From assembly GCA_964584645.1 (NCBI GenBank), contig CAZPBH010000001.1, forward strand, positions 17,377 through 43,305: a stretch of DNA of 25,929 bases. Reading direction: 5' to 3'. Position numbers and translations under genes: made by a program. Origin of the DNA: an uncultured Rhodospirillales bacterium. GTDB taxonomy: Bacteria > Pseudomonadota > Alphaproteobacteria > CAZPBH01. Below are positions 10,374-19,872 of this stretch, in pieces. The first letter of the stretch is position 1. The number at the start of each line of letters is the position of its first letter. Below the pieces are notes generated by a model. That model did not search any database and was not told where the DNA came from. It saw only the letters and a program-made list of their open reading frames with translations.

Positions 10374-10828
10374 GCAGCTACGCCAAGGATGAGCTGCCGA
10401 CCGACGGCATTGCCGCGTTGCGCCCGCTGGGCGAGAAGGACCACCCCAACGCCTACAAGCTGAAGCAGGCGCATGAGGCCTTCCAGAAACAGGACCTCGA
10501 CACCGTGTTCTCGATCTTTGCCGAGGACATGACCTGGATCGTGCCCGGCCGGAACCTGATGAGCGGCACCTTCAAGGGCCGCGAGGGCGTGCTGGAAAGC
10601 TTCGGCAATCTGTTCCGCGAGACCGACGCCTATTGGGCTCACCCGCTGGACTATTTCGGCTCCGACAGCCATGCAGCCCTGGTCGCCCATGTGCGGGCCA
10701 AACGCAAGGGCAAGATGCTGGATTGTCAGGAAATCCTGCTGTTCCGCATCGACGCCGAGGGTCGGTTCAGCCATTGCTGGCACCTGGCCCTCGACGAGGA
10801 AGCCTGGCACGACTTCTTCACTGATTGA
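10370..10828 (+). CDS. SnoaL-like / NTF2-fold protein
   Basis: AFQKQDLDTVFSIFAEDMTWIVPGRNLMSGTFKGREGV pattern; the start overlaps the ohr stop (ATGA). Confidence 0.8.
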   Translation: MSSYAKDELPTDGIAALRPLGEKDHPNAYKLKQAHEAFQKQDLDTVFSIFAEDMTWIVPGRNLMSGTFKGREGVLESFGNLFRETDAYWAHPLDYFGSDSHAALVAHVRAKRKGKMLDCQEILLFRIDAEGRFSHCWHLALDEEAWHDFFTD

Positions 10829-10850
10829 GACGACGCTCCCGGGCGACCTT

Positions 10851-13800
10851 TCAGGCCGCCTGCTTCAACGGCTCCGGCTCGCCCCTGAACCAGGCCTTGA
10901 GAAGCTCGGCCTCGCGGGCCTTCGCCTCTTCCAGATGCCGCTCCTTCACATGGCCATAGCCGCGGATGAACTCCGGCACCTCGGCAATCTGGACGGCCAG
11001 ATCGATATTGGCCGGTGAGAGCGTGGCGAGCAGCTTCTCGATGGTTGCGCGATAATCGCGGATCAGCCCGCGCTCCATCTTGCGCTCTTCCGTATAGCCG
11101 AAGACATCGAGCGGCGTACCGCGCAGGAAGCGGGCTTTCGCCAGCAGCCTGAACGCCGGGAACATCCAGGCGCCGAATTCGCGCTTCTTCAGATGGCCCG
11201 TCTCCTTGTCCTTCGGCGCGATCATCGGCGGGGCAAGGTTGAAGCCCAGCCTGACATCGCCCTCGAAGGTCTGGTTCAGCCGTTCAATGAAGCGGCCATC
11301 GGTATAGAGCCGTGCGACCTCATACTCGTCCTTGTAGGCCATCAGCTTGAACAGATAGCGCGCGACCATCGCTGTCAGGGCTTCCGAGCCCGGCACCCTG
11401 GCGGCCTCCTCGGCGCGTACATGTTCGACAAACTTCGCATAGCGCTTCGCATAGCCCGCGTTCTGATACTTCGTCAGGAAGTCGATACGGGTTGTGATGG
11501 CCTCATCCAGGGTCTTCGCCTTCGGCTCGACGGTCTCGAGCGAGACGCTGGCCTTGGTGATGAAAGCCTGCCAGTCATGGCCGGCAAGGCGCCCCCAGCG
11601 GAAGGCCTGAACGTTCATCTTCACGGACTGGCCGTTCAGCTCCAGCGCACGCTCGATCGCCTCGGGGCTGACCGGCAGCCAGCCCTTCTGACAGGCATAG
11701 CCCATCAGCCAGGTGTTGGCGGCGATGGCATTGCCCATCAACCGCGTGGCGATGGTATGGGCGTCGGCGAAATCGACGCCCTCCTTGCCGATGGCGGCCT
11801 CGATCACCTGCTCGAAATCGCCGTGCTGCATGTCGAAATCGGGGTTGTACTGGAAGGTCGCGGTCGGCGTGGAGAAGCTGTTGATGATCGCCCGCGTGCG
11901 GCCCGGCTTGTAGGTCCGCAGCGCCTCCGGCCCGCCGGCAACGACGATATCGGCGCCGATGACCAGATCGCAGCTGCCGGTGCCGATACGTGTGGCGGCC
12001 AGCTGGTCGGGATGGGCAGCCACCCGCAAATGGCTCATCACCGCACCGTTCTTCTGGCTGAGACCCGTCAGATCGAGCGTCGAGGCGCCCTTGCCTTCAA
12101 GATGCGCAGCCATGGAGAGCACAGCACCGATGGTCACCACCCCGGTGCCCCCGATGCCGGTGACCAGCACGTCATAGCTGCGCGTCAGATCGGGCTGGGC
12201 GGGTGCCGGCACGCCCGCCAGCACATCCTCGGTCTTCGCTCCGGCCGCCTCGGCCTTTTTCAGCGTGCCGCCATGGACGGTCACGAAGGACGGGCAGAAG
12301 CCCTTCACGCAGGAATAATCCTTGTTGCAGCTCGACTGGTCGATCTGGCGCTTGCGGCCAAACTCGGTCTCCAGCGGCAGGATCGACACGCAGTTCGACT
12401 GCTTCGAGCAATCCCCACAACCCTCGCAAACGGCCGGGTTGATGAACATCCGCTTGGGCGGGTCGGGAAACTCGTTCTTCTTGCGCCGCCGGCGCTTTTC
12501 AGCCGCGCAGGTCTGGTCGTAGATCATCGCCGTACAGCCGGGCATTTCGCGCAACTGCTTCTGCACGCCCATCAGCTCGTCACGATGGAAGAGATCGACT
12601 CCATCTGGGAGTGTCACCCCGCGATAGCGCTCCAGCTCGTCGGTCACCATGACGACGCGCTTCACGCCCTCGGCGATCAGCTGGGCGGCGATCTGCGGCG
12701 GGGTCAGCACGCCATCGACCGGCTGGCCGCCGGTCATCGCGACAGCGTCGTTATAAAGGATCTTGTAGGTGATGTTCACGCCAGCGGCGACGGCAGCACG
12801 CACCGCAATCAGGCCCGAATGGAAATAGGTTCCGTCACCGAGGTTCTGGAAGATGTGCGGGGTATCCGTGAATGGCGCCATGCCGACCCAGTTCGCCCCT
12901 TCGCCTCCCATCTGGATCGGCGGTCCGTGCGGCCGGCCGGGCACGTAGAGTGCCATGGTGTGACAGCCGATCCCGGTCAGCCCTTCCGAACCTTCAGGCA
13001 ATCTGGTCGAGGTGTTGTGCGGACAGCCCGAGCAGAAGGCGGGCGCGCGGACGACCTCCGGGCCGGCGCCGGAAAGCTCGCCCGAGCGCGCGGCCATCGC
13101 TTCGAGTTCGCCCATCCGCGCCTTGAGGGCCTCATCGGCCAGCCCCATCGCCTCGAGGCGCCGGACCAGCGCGCGGGCGATCAGCAGCGGGGAGAGTTCA
13201 TAGGTCGCAGGCAGCAGGGGCGCGCCCTCCGGCGTGACCTTGCCCGCCAGACGGGGCCGGCTCTCACTCGGCAGCGGGTAGAGCAGGCGCCCCACCTGAT
13301 CCTCGATGAAGGCACGCTTTTCCTCGATGACGAGGACCTCTTCATGCCCCTCGGCAAAGGACCTTACGGTTTCCGGCACCACCGGCCAGGTCAGCGCCAG
13401 CTTCAGCACGCGAATGCCGAGGGCGCCAGGCTGGGCGGCATCGAGACCCAGATCCTCGAACGCCTGACGCAGATCGGCGAAACTCTTGCCAGCGGTGATC
13501 ACACCCAGGGTGCGCCGAGGGGCGTCATGGGTCACACGGTCGAGCCCGTTGGCCCGCACATAGGCCTGCGCTGCCGGCAGCCGGAAGTTGACGAGGCTGT
13601 CTTCCTCGGGAAGCGGCGTGAACCGCCATTTGATGTGCAAGCCATCGGAAGGCTGTGCCACCTCCGGCAGGATCGGCTGCACACGGTCATCCCCGACCTC
13701 GATCACCGAGCCGCTCTCGATGATCTCGGTCAGGCACTTGAACCCGACCCAGACCCCGGCAAAGCGCGACAGGGCGAGCCCGTGCAGGCCCAGATCGTGA

Positions 13801-14336
13801 TAATCCTGCACGCTGGCAGGAAACAGGATCGGGATCATCGCCGCCGCCAGCGCCTGCTCCGACTGATGCGCGGTAGTCGAGCTCTTGGCCGCATGATCAT
13901 CGCCGGCCAGCGCCAGCACACCGCCATGAGGCGACGTTCCGGCCAGATTGGCGTGCTTGAGCGCATCGCCGGCGCGATCCACACCCGGACCCTTGCCGTA
14001 CCAGAGTGCGAAAACCCCGTCATGACGCGCATTCGGGCGCAAGGTGACCTGCTGCGTGCCCCAACACGCCGTCGCTGCCAGTTCCTCGTTCACCCCGGGC
14101 TGGAAATGCACGCCGGCACCGGCCAGCATCTTCTTCGCACCCCAGAGAGCCTTGTCATAATTGCCGAGCGGCGAGCCCCGATAGCCCGAGACATAGCCTG
14201 CCGTGTTCAGGCCCGCCGCCGCATCCCGGCGGCGCTGGTCGAGGGGCAGGCGCACCAGCGCTTGCGTACCGGTGATGAACACACGACCGGATTCGGCTAC
14301 GTACTTGTCGTCGAGCGAGACGGAATCGAACGGCAT
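10851..14336 (-). CDS. Indolepyruvate:ferredoxin oxidoreductase family protein, single-chain fused form (TPP/Fe-S 2-oxoacid oxidoreductase, CoA-acylating)
   Basis: GYRGSPLG and NEELAATA (N-terminal domain); FCSGCPHN, GIGCH and GDGTYFHSG (TPP-binding); CEGCGDC..QSNC ferredoxin motif; GIGGTGVVT and GLSQKNG (gamma-like domain); 1161 aa. Confidence 0.95.
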   Translation of the reverse strand: MPFDSVSLDDKYVAESGRVFITGTQALVRLPLDQRRRDAAAGLNTAGYVSGYRGSPLGNYDKALWGAKKMLAGAGVHFQPGVNEELAATACWGTQQVTLRPNARHDGVFALWYGKGPGVDRAGDALKHANLAGTSPHGGVLALAGDDHAAKSSTTAHQSEQALAAAMIPILFPASVQDYHDLGLHGLALSRFAGVWVGFKCLTEIIESGSVIEVGDDRVQPILPEVAQPSDGLHIKWRFTPLPEEDSLVNFRLPAAQAYVRANGLDRVTHDAPRRTLGVITAGKSFADLRQAFEDLGLDAAQPGALGIRVLKLALTWPVVPETVRSFAEGHEEVLVIEEKRAFIEDQVGRLLYPLPSESRPRLAGKVTPEGAPLLPATYELSPLLIARALVRRLEAMGLADEALKARMGELEAMAARSGELSGAGPEVVRAPAFCSGCPHNTSTRLPEGSEGLTGIGCHTMALYVPGRPHGPPIQMGGEGANWVGMAPFTDTPHIFQNLGDGTYFHSGLIAVRAAVAAGVNITYKILYNDAVAMTGGQPVDGVLTPPQIAAQLIAEGVKRVVMVTDELERYRGVTLPDGVDLFHRDELMGVQKQLREMPGCTAMIYDQTCAAEKRRRRKKNEFPDPPKRMFINPAVCEGCGDCSKQSNCVSILPLETEFGRKRQIDQSSCNKDYSCVKGFCPSFVTVHGGTLKKAEAAGAKTEDVLAGVPAPAQPDLTRSYDVLVTGIGGTGVVTIGAVLSMAAHLEGKGASTLDLTGLSQKNGAVMSHLRVAAHPDQLAATRIGTGSCDLVIGADIVVAGGPEALRTYKPGRTRAIINSFSTPTATFQYNPDFDMQHGDFEQVIEAAIGKEGVDFADAHTIATRLMGNAIAANTWLMGYACQKGWLPVSPEAIERALELNGQSVKMNVQAFRWGRLAGHDWQAFITKASVSLETVEPKAKTLDEAITTRIDFLTKYQNAGYAKRYAKFVEHVRAEEAARVPGSEALTAMVARYLFKLMAYKDEYEVARLYTDGRFIERLNQTFEGDVRLGFNLAPPMIAPKDKETGHLKKREFGAWMFPAFRLLAKARFLRGTPLDVFGYTEERKMERGLIRDYRATIEKLLATLSPANIDLAVQIAEVPEFIRGYGHVKERHLEEAKAREAELLKAWFRGEPEPLKQAA

Positions 14337-14358
14337 CGGGACAGACTCCCTTCAAAAA

Positions 14359-14432
14359 TTTCATTGAAGATGAAACGAATTTGTGGTCCCGTCAAGGAAA
14401 TCGCGTACCGAACAGCCATGTCTTTTGACATG
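14359..14432. promoter_or_regulatory. Divergent promoter region with two palindromes: TTTCAT-N5-ATGAAA (14359-14375) and CATGTC-N4-GACATG (14417-14432)
   Basis: Minus-strand TTGACG (14390-14395)-N17-CATCTT overlaps the first palindrome. Plus-strand TTGACA (14425-14430) lies inside the second. The region is next to a MarR gene. Confidence 0.5.
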
Positions 14433-14464
14433 AACGCACGTTATGGGGTACCGCAAGGCCCAAC

Positions 14465-15031
14465 ATGTCGTCCAAACGCCGCTTCATACCGCGCGAGATC
14501 GTGCGCGATCTGCCGACCCTGGCTGGGGATGCGGCACCGGTTCGGGAATCGCTCGGCCTTCCGGACTTCCTGCCCTTCCGGCTGACCACCCTGTCCAACA
14601 AGGTGTTCTATGACGCCTTTCGCGACCCGGAAATCTATCGGGGGCTGAGCGTGCGCGGCTGGAAGGTGCTGGCGCTGCTGGGCGCCTATCCGGACATCTC
14701 CAACGCCGACATCTCCAGCATCATCGGCATGGACCCGGCGACCGTGACCCGGGCCGTGCGGGAGCTGCGCCAACGCGATCTCGTCGCCACCCAGCCCTCA
14801 CCTGATGACCGGCGCAAATTGCGCCATCGTCTGACGCGCGAAGGTGCGGCCCTGCATGATGCCATCGTCCCCGGCCGGCGTGCGCGCGGCGAGCGCTATG
14901 AGGAGGCTCTGACCCCGGCCGAGCGGCGCACGCTCCACCGTCTGCTCGACAAGCTCGATGCGGCGGTCGACGCGATCCTGGCCGAAGAGCGCCTGAAGGA
15001 CCCTGACCGGATCACACACCCAGATCGCTGA
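14465..15031 (+). CDS. MarR family transcriptional regulator
   Basis: FLPFRLTTLSN; WKVLALL; winged HTH MDPATVTRAVREL...DDRRKLRHRLTREG. Confidence 0.92.
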   Translation: MSSKRRFIPREIVRDLPTLAGDAAPVRESLGLPDFLPFRLTTLSNKVFYDAFRDPEIYRGLSVRGWKVLALLGAYPDISNADISSIIGMDPATVTRAVRELRQRDLVATQPSPDDRRKLRHRLTREGAALHDAIVPGRRARGERYEEALTPAERRTLHRLLDKLDAAVDAILAEERLKDPDRITHPDR

Positions 15032-15911
15032 CGACCTGATTGATGGCCTGGATCAGGGCCTGCCCCGCCGGGGTAAGCGGCCGGTTCGCGCGATAGCTGA
15101 GCGAGATCTTCGCCTCGAAGCCGAGCGGGGTCGGCAGACGGTGCAGCGTCCCCTGCTTGAGGTCGAGCGCGATCAACTGCTCCGGCAGGAAGGAGAGAAA
15201 GCGCCCGGTCGCCGTCAGATAGCGCAGGAAACTGCCGGAATTGGTCACGATCATCGGCTCCGGCGCGCTCAGCCCCTGGGCGATGAAGATGTCCTCCATG
15301 CGCTGGCGCCAGTGCTGGGTATCGGGCGGCAGCGCCCAGGCGGCCTCCGACAGATCGGCGAAATTCGTGTCCTTCTTGGTAACCAGCGGGTGGTTTTCGC
15401 CGGCATAAACCGCCACCCGGTCGGTCAGGATCGTCTCGGTCGCGAATTCGGGCTCCTGCAGGATCGGCCAGGCACCGATCACCATGTCCAGCTCACCGCG
15501 ACGCAGGGCCGGGATCAGGTCATCGACCAGCCCTTCCGTCACCGTCATCCGTACCTCGGGATTGGCCTCCACCAGACGGACCGTCGCAGCGGGCATCAGG
15601 TTGGTTGCAATCGAGGGCCCGATGCCGACGGAAAGCTCGCCCTCCGCGACCCCACGCAGCCGGCCGATCTCGTACTCCGCCTTGCGGATTTCCGCCTGGA
15701 TGACGCGTGCATGATGCGCCAGCGCCTCACCGTAATGTGTGGGCACCATGCCGAGTGGGGTGCGCTCGAACAGCTGGGCGTCAAGCTCGCGCTCCAGATG
15801 CCGGATGCTCTTCGACAGCGCCGGCTGGGTGAGCAGCAGGCGCTCGGCCGCCTGCCCGATCGAGCCACATTCGTAGACGGAAATGAAATGCCTCAGGCGC
15901 CGGGTATCCAT
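15012..15911 (-). CDS. LysR family transcriptional regulator
   Basis: The true start is MDTRRLRHF (ATG 15911), followed by the HTH GSIGQAAERLLLTQPALSKSIRHLERELDAQLFER; 299 aa. The 920-aa track ORF is this gene plus an antisense shadow. Confidence 0.93.
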   Translation of the reverse strand: MDTRRLRHFISVYECGSIGQAAERLLLTQPALSKSIRHLERELDAQLFERTPLGMVPTHYGEALAHHARVIQAEIRKAEYEIGRLRGVAEGELSVGIGPSIATNLMPAATVRLVEANPEVRMTVTEGLVDDLIPALRRGELDMVIGAWPILQEPEFATETILTDRVAVYAGENHPLVTKKDTNFADLSEAAWALPPDTQHWRQRMEDIFIAQGLSAPEPMIVTNSGSFLRYLTATGRFLSFLPEQLIALDLKQGTLHRLPTPLGFEAKISLSYRANRPLTPAGQALIQAINQVVSDLGV

Positions 15912-15988
15912 GAGCCCTGATCCTCCGATGCATGTGATCGCCAACCCTGCCGCGCCTGCATGTCGCAGATGGCCGGGCTGCGCGGCGA

Positions 15989-16010
15989 GATATTTGAAAC
16001 CTAAAATATC
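15989..16010. promoter_or_regulatory. Inverted repeat GATATTT-N8-AAATATC between LysR and the divergent operon; candidate regulator site
   Basis: AT-rich 7-bp inverted repeat in the divergent intergenic region. Confidence 0.4.
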
Positions 16011-16052
16011 TTGTGCCATAACTCGCCGGACATGGCAAAGGAGAATGCACCC

Positions 16053-18140
16053 GTGAGTGAACCCGTCCGTTACGAGCGCCAGGGCGACATCGCTGTCATC
16101 ACCATCGACAGCCCGCCGGTCAACGCCATCGACAGGCACATCCGCAAGGGGCTGAAGGAAGCCGCCGCACAGGCCGCTTCCGATGACAGCAAGGCCGTGG
16201 TGGTGCATTGCGCCGGGCGGACCTTTGCCGCCGGGGCTGACATCAACGAATTCGACACCGGCATTGCCCCGCCGCCCTATCACGAGGTGATGAACGCGAT
16301 CGAGGACCTGGCGAAGCCGGTCGTCGCCACCCTGCACGGCACCGCCCTCGGCGGCGGCTTCGAGCTTGCCATGGCCTGCCATTACCGTGTTGCGACCCCG
16401 ACCGCGCGGGTCGGTCTGCCGGAGCTTTCCCTCGGCATCATTCCGGGTGCGGGCGGGACCCAGCGCGCCCCGAGGCTGATGGGTGCGGAAAAGGCCCTCG
16501 ATCTGATGTTCTCGATGCGCCCGATGGCCGCCAAAGATGCGCTCGAAGCCGGGGTGATCGACCAGATCGGCGGCGAGGATCCGCTGCAGAACGGGCTCGA
16601 TTATGCCTGCCTGCTGATCGATGAGGCCAAGGGCCCGCGCCCGACCCGTGATGCCCGGGCGAACGCACCGGAGCCGGGCTTCTTCGATGCTGCGCGCAAG
16701 GAGGCTGAAAAGCGCTTTCCTCATCAGCCGGCTGCGGTGCAGCTGGTCGAGGTCATCGAAGCGGCCTTCACCCAGCCCTTCGATCAGGCTCTGGCATTGG
16801 AGAAGGAGCGCACCGAGGCGCTGGACGACACCATCCCCTCCAAGGCCCTGCGCCATGTGTTCTTTGCCGAGCGCCAGACCCGCGACATCCCGGACCTGCC
16901 CGCCGATGCCAAGGCGCGCGCGGTAAAGAAGGTCGGCATCATCGGCGCCGGCACGATGGGAGGCGGGATCGCCACGGCCTTCGCCAATGCGGGTTTTCCG
17001 GTGCGCCTGATCGACGCCACACAGGAAGGGCTGGATCGCGGCATCGCCACCATCAGGAAGAATTACGACAGCCGGGTGAAGCGTGGCCGCATGACCGAAG
17101 CGGAGGTCGAGGAGCGGATGGCGCTGATCACCCCCGACCTCGAGATGAAGAACCTCGCCGATGTCGATCTTGTGGTCGAGGCGGTGTTCGAGAGCATGAC
17201 GCTGAAGAAAGACATCTTCGGCAAGCTGGCGGAGATCTGCCAGCCGGGTACGGTGCTCGGCACCAACACCTCCACCCTCGATATCGAGGAGATCGCCAGG
17301 GCCACGGGACGGCCGGGCGATGTGATCGGCCTGCACTTCTTTTCCCCCGCCCAGGTGATGCCCCTGCTGGAGGTCGTGCGCACCAGCGTGACCGCCCCGG
17401 ACACCATCGCCACCGCGATGGAGATCTCCAAGCCGATCAAGAAGACTCCGGTGCTGGCGGGCAACGCCTTCGGCTTCATCGGCAATCGCATCATGGACCC
17501 CTATGGGCGCGAGGCCGAGCACATGCTGCTGGAAGGCGCCACACCCGATCAGATCGATGGCGCCCTGCAGAAATGGGGCATGGCCATGGGCATCCTTGCC
17601 GTGTTCGACATGGCCGGGGTCGATGTCGGCACCAAGATCCGTGCCGAGCGCACCGACCTGCCGGACGACCCGACCTTCTATCGCTCCAGCCAGCTGATCG
17701 TCGATCAGGGCTGGCTTGGCCAGAAGACCGGCAAGGGCTTCTATGTCTATGAGGGCCGGGAGCGCAAACCGCATCCGGAAGCGCTCGACCTCTTCAGGGC
17801 CGAGGCCGAGAAGCTGGGCGTCCAGCGGCGCGAGATTTCCGAGCAGGAGATCCTCGACCGGTGCCTGTGCGGGCTGGTCAACGAGGCGGCGTACGTGCTT
17901 CAGGAAGGCATCGCGCTGCGTGCCTCCGACATCGACGTCACCTGGACCTATGGCTATGGCTTCCCGCGCTTTCGCGGTGGCCCGCTGTTCTTTGCCGACA
18001 GCGAGGGGCTTTCGGGGATCGTGGCGAAGATCCGCAGCTTCGCCGAGCGGTTCAACCCTGAATATTGGCAGCCTGCCCCCTTGCTCGTCGAACTCGCCGA
18101 GAAAGGTTCAAGCTTCCAGGATTACGACAAGGGACGCTGA
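16053..18140 (+). CDS. Bifunctional enoyl-CoA hydratase / 3-hydroxyacyl-CoA dehydrogenase (FadB/PimF-like)
   Basis: Crotonase domain (GGGFELAMAC...PELSLGIIPGAGGTQR) and HAD domain (GIIGAGTMGGGIA, VEAVFE, HFFSPA, GFIGNR). GTG 16053 follows an AAGGAG RBS; ATG 16032 is an alternative start. Confidence 0.93.
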   Translation: MSEPVRYERQGDIAVITIDSPPVNAIDRHIRKGLKEAAAQAASDDSKAVVVHCAGRTFAAGADINEFDTGIAPPPYHEVMNAIEDLAKPVVATLHGTALGGGFELAMACHYRVATPTARVGLPELSLGIIPGAGGTQRAPRLMGAEKALDLMFSMRPMAAKDALEAGVIDQIGGEDPLQNGLDYACLLIDEAKGPRPTRDARANAPEPGFFDAARKEAEKRFPHQPAAVQLVEVIEAAFTQPFDQALALEKERTEALDDTIPSKALRHVFFAERQTRDIPDLPADAKARAVKKVGIIGAGTMGGGIATAFANAGFPVRLIDATQEGLDRGIATIRKNYDSRVKRGRMTEAEVEERMALITPDLEMKNLADVDLVVEAVFESMTLKKDIFGKLAEICQPGTVLGTNTSTLDIEEIARATGRPGDVIGLHFFSPAQVMPLLEVVRTSVTAPDTIATAMEISKPIKKTPVLAGNAFGFIGNRIMDPYGREAEHMLLEGATPDQIDGALQKWGMAMGILAVFDMAGVDVGTKIRAERTDLPDDPTFYRSSQLIVDQGWLGQKTGKGFYVYEGRERKPHPEALDLFRAEAEKLGVQRREISEQEILDRCLCGLVNEAAYVLQEGIALRASDIDVTWTYGYGFPRFRGGPLFFADSEGLSGIVAKIRSFAERFNPEYWQPAPLLVELAEKGSSFQDYDKGR

Positions 18141-18143
18141 CCC

Positions 18144-19283
18144 ATGATCGATGATCGCCCCGGCTTCGAGGAAGAGCACCGGATGTACCGGGAGGCGGCG
18201 CGGCGCTTTTTCGCCGACCGTCTGGTGCCGCATATGGAAGAATGGGACGAGGCCGGTGTGGTGCCCAAGAGCTTCTGGAAGGAAGCGGCCGAGCAGGGGT
18301 TTGTCTGTCCGCAGGTGCCGGAGGCATATGGCGGGCCGGGGGGCGATTTCCGGTTCAACGCCATCGTTAATGAAGAGCTCTGCTACACCGGCCAGGCCAG
18401 TGTCGGCATCCCGGGCCATAATGATCTGTGCTGCAACTACATCCTGAATTTCGGGACCGAGGAGCAGAAGCAGCGCTGGCTGCCCGACATGGTGTCGGCG
18501 GAGCGGATCGCTGCGGTGGCGATGAGCGAGCCGGGCACGGGCTCCGACCTCAAGGCGGTGCGCACCCGCGCGGTGAAGGATGGCGACAGCTATATCGTCA
18601 GCGGCCAGAAGACCTTCATCACCAATGGCCAGAACGCCGATCTGATCATCACCGTGGTCAAGACGGATCCCGCCCAGGGCGCGCGCGGCATCAGCCTGCT
18701 GATGATCGAATCCGGCATGGAAGGCTTCCAGCGGGGCCGCAATCTCAAGAAGATCGGGATGAAGGGTCAGGACACCTCCGAACTCTATTTCGAGGATGTC
18801 CGGGTGCCGGCGGAGAACCTGATCGGCAAGGAGAATGACGGCTTCGCGATGCTGATGCACGAGCTGCCGCAGGAGCGGCTCTCGATCGCCATCGGGGCCT
18901 GCGCCTACGCCCAGAAAGCCTTCGAGCTGGCCAATGAGTACACCAAGGAGCGCAAGGCCTTCGATCAGCCGATCGCCGCCTTCCAGAATACCAGATTCAA
19001 GCTGGCCGAGATGAAGACCAAGATCGCGGTCGGCTGGAGCTATGTGGACCAGTGCCTTGCCAAGCATGTCGAGGGCAGGCTCAGCGTCACCGAGGCCGCG
19101 ATGGCGAAGCTCTATGTCGCGGAAATGCTGAGCGAGGTCGTGGACGACGCCGTTCAGCTGCACGGTGGCTATGGCTTCATGAGCGAGTATCTGATCGCAC
19201 GGATGTACTGCGACAGCCGGGTGCAGCGCATCTACGGCGGTACCTCGGAGATCATGAAGGAAATCATTTCACGCTCGCTCTGA
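18144..19283 (+). CDS. Acyl-CoA dehydrogenase (LCAD-type catalytic Glu position)
   Basis: AMSEPGTGSDL, GQKTFITNG, ELPQERL, QLHGGYGF and RIYGGTSEIM (Gly rather than Glu at the MCAD catalytic site). Confidence 0.95.
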   Translation: MIDDRPGFEEEHRMYREAARRFFADRLVPHMEEWDEAGVVPKSFWKEAAEQGFVCPQVPEAYGGPGGDFRFNAIVNEELCYTGQASVGIPGHNDLCCNYILNFGTEEQKQRWLPDMVSAERIAAVAMSEPGTGSDLKAVRTRAVKDGDSYIVSGQKTFITNGQNADLIITVVKTDPAQGARGISLLMIESGMEGFQRGRNLKKIGMKGQDTSELYFEDVRVPAENLIGKENDGFAMLMHELPQERLSIAIGACAYAQKAFELANEYTKERKAFDQPIAAFQNTRFKLAEMKTKIAVGWSYVDQCLAKHVEGRLSVTEAAMAKLYVAEMLSEVVDDAVQLHGGYGFMSEYLIARMYCDSRVQRIYGGTSEIMKEIISRSL

Positions 19284-19332
19284 GTGAAGAAAAGCCCAGA
19301 ACAATAATCAACCTCGGGGAGGCCGCCGCCTC

Positions 19333-19872
19333 ATGACCGCCCATCCCTTTGCCTTCCTGCCGGAACACAACCGGTTCCTGACCATCGAGATCACAATTTC
19401 GTGCGTCATCAACATGGTCGTGAACGGGCTTTTCGTCTGGCTGCTGTTCGGTGGCATGGCCGAGATACCGCTGTGGACCATGCAGGGGCTGGCCTTCGAC
19501 CTCGTGCCGACGACCTTCATGATCACCTTCATGATGACGCTGGTGCTGACGCTCGTGACCCGGTTTCGCGTCAGGAAGGGATCTGCGCCCGGCTTCGGCT
19601 GGGACCGCCGCGATCATCCGTTCTGGGGGAAGTTTCCGCGTGCGCCCTACCTGCGCGCCCCGATGCTGGCCTTCATCATGCTCCTTGTGCTGGTGCCACC
19701 GCAGGTGCTTGTGCTCTGGGCGCTTGATCTGGCGCCGTTCAGCTTCACCACGGTCGTGATCTACAAGGTCTTCTACGGTCTGGTGCTGAGCCTGATCGTG
19801 ACGCCTCTGATCCTCATCCCGGCGCTTGCCGACAAGCCCCGCACCTCAGCCAGGGAAACTGCCGCAGCATGA
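19333..19872 (+). CDS. Hypothetical membrane protein (about 4 TM helices)
   Basis: Four hydrophobic segments; GGAGG RBS; the stop overlaps the next start (ATGA). Confidence 0.75.
   Translation: MTAHPFAFLPEHNRFLTIEITISCVINMVVNGLFVWLLFGGMAEIPLWTMQGLAFDLVPTTFMITFMMTLVLTLVTRFRVRKGSAPGFGWDRRDHPFWGKFPRAPYLRAPMLAFIMLLVLVPPQVLVLWALDLAPFSFTTVVIYKVFYGLVLSLIVTPLILIPALADKPRTSARETAAA

Noticed and set aside
11193-14585. 1130-aa plus-strand ORF
   Set aside because: Antisense shadow of the IOR gene with no motifs; expected in high-GC DNA with strong codon bias.
15012-17774. 920-aa ORF suggesting a giant LysR fusion
   Set aside because: Only the last 299 aa are LysR. The rest is a stop-free antisense shadow of the hydratase/dehydrogenase gene.
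18108-19163. 351-aa minus-strand ORF
   Set aside because: Antisense shadow of the acyl-CoA dehydrogenase gene.
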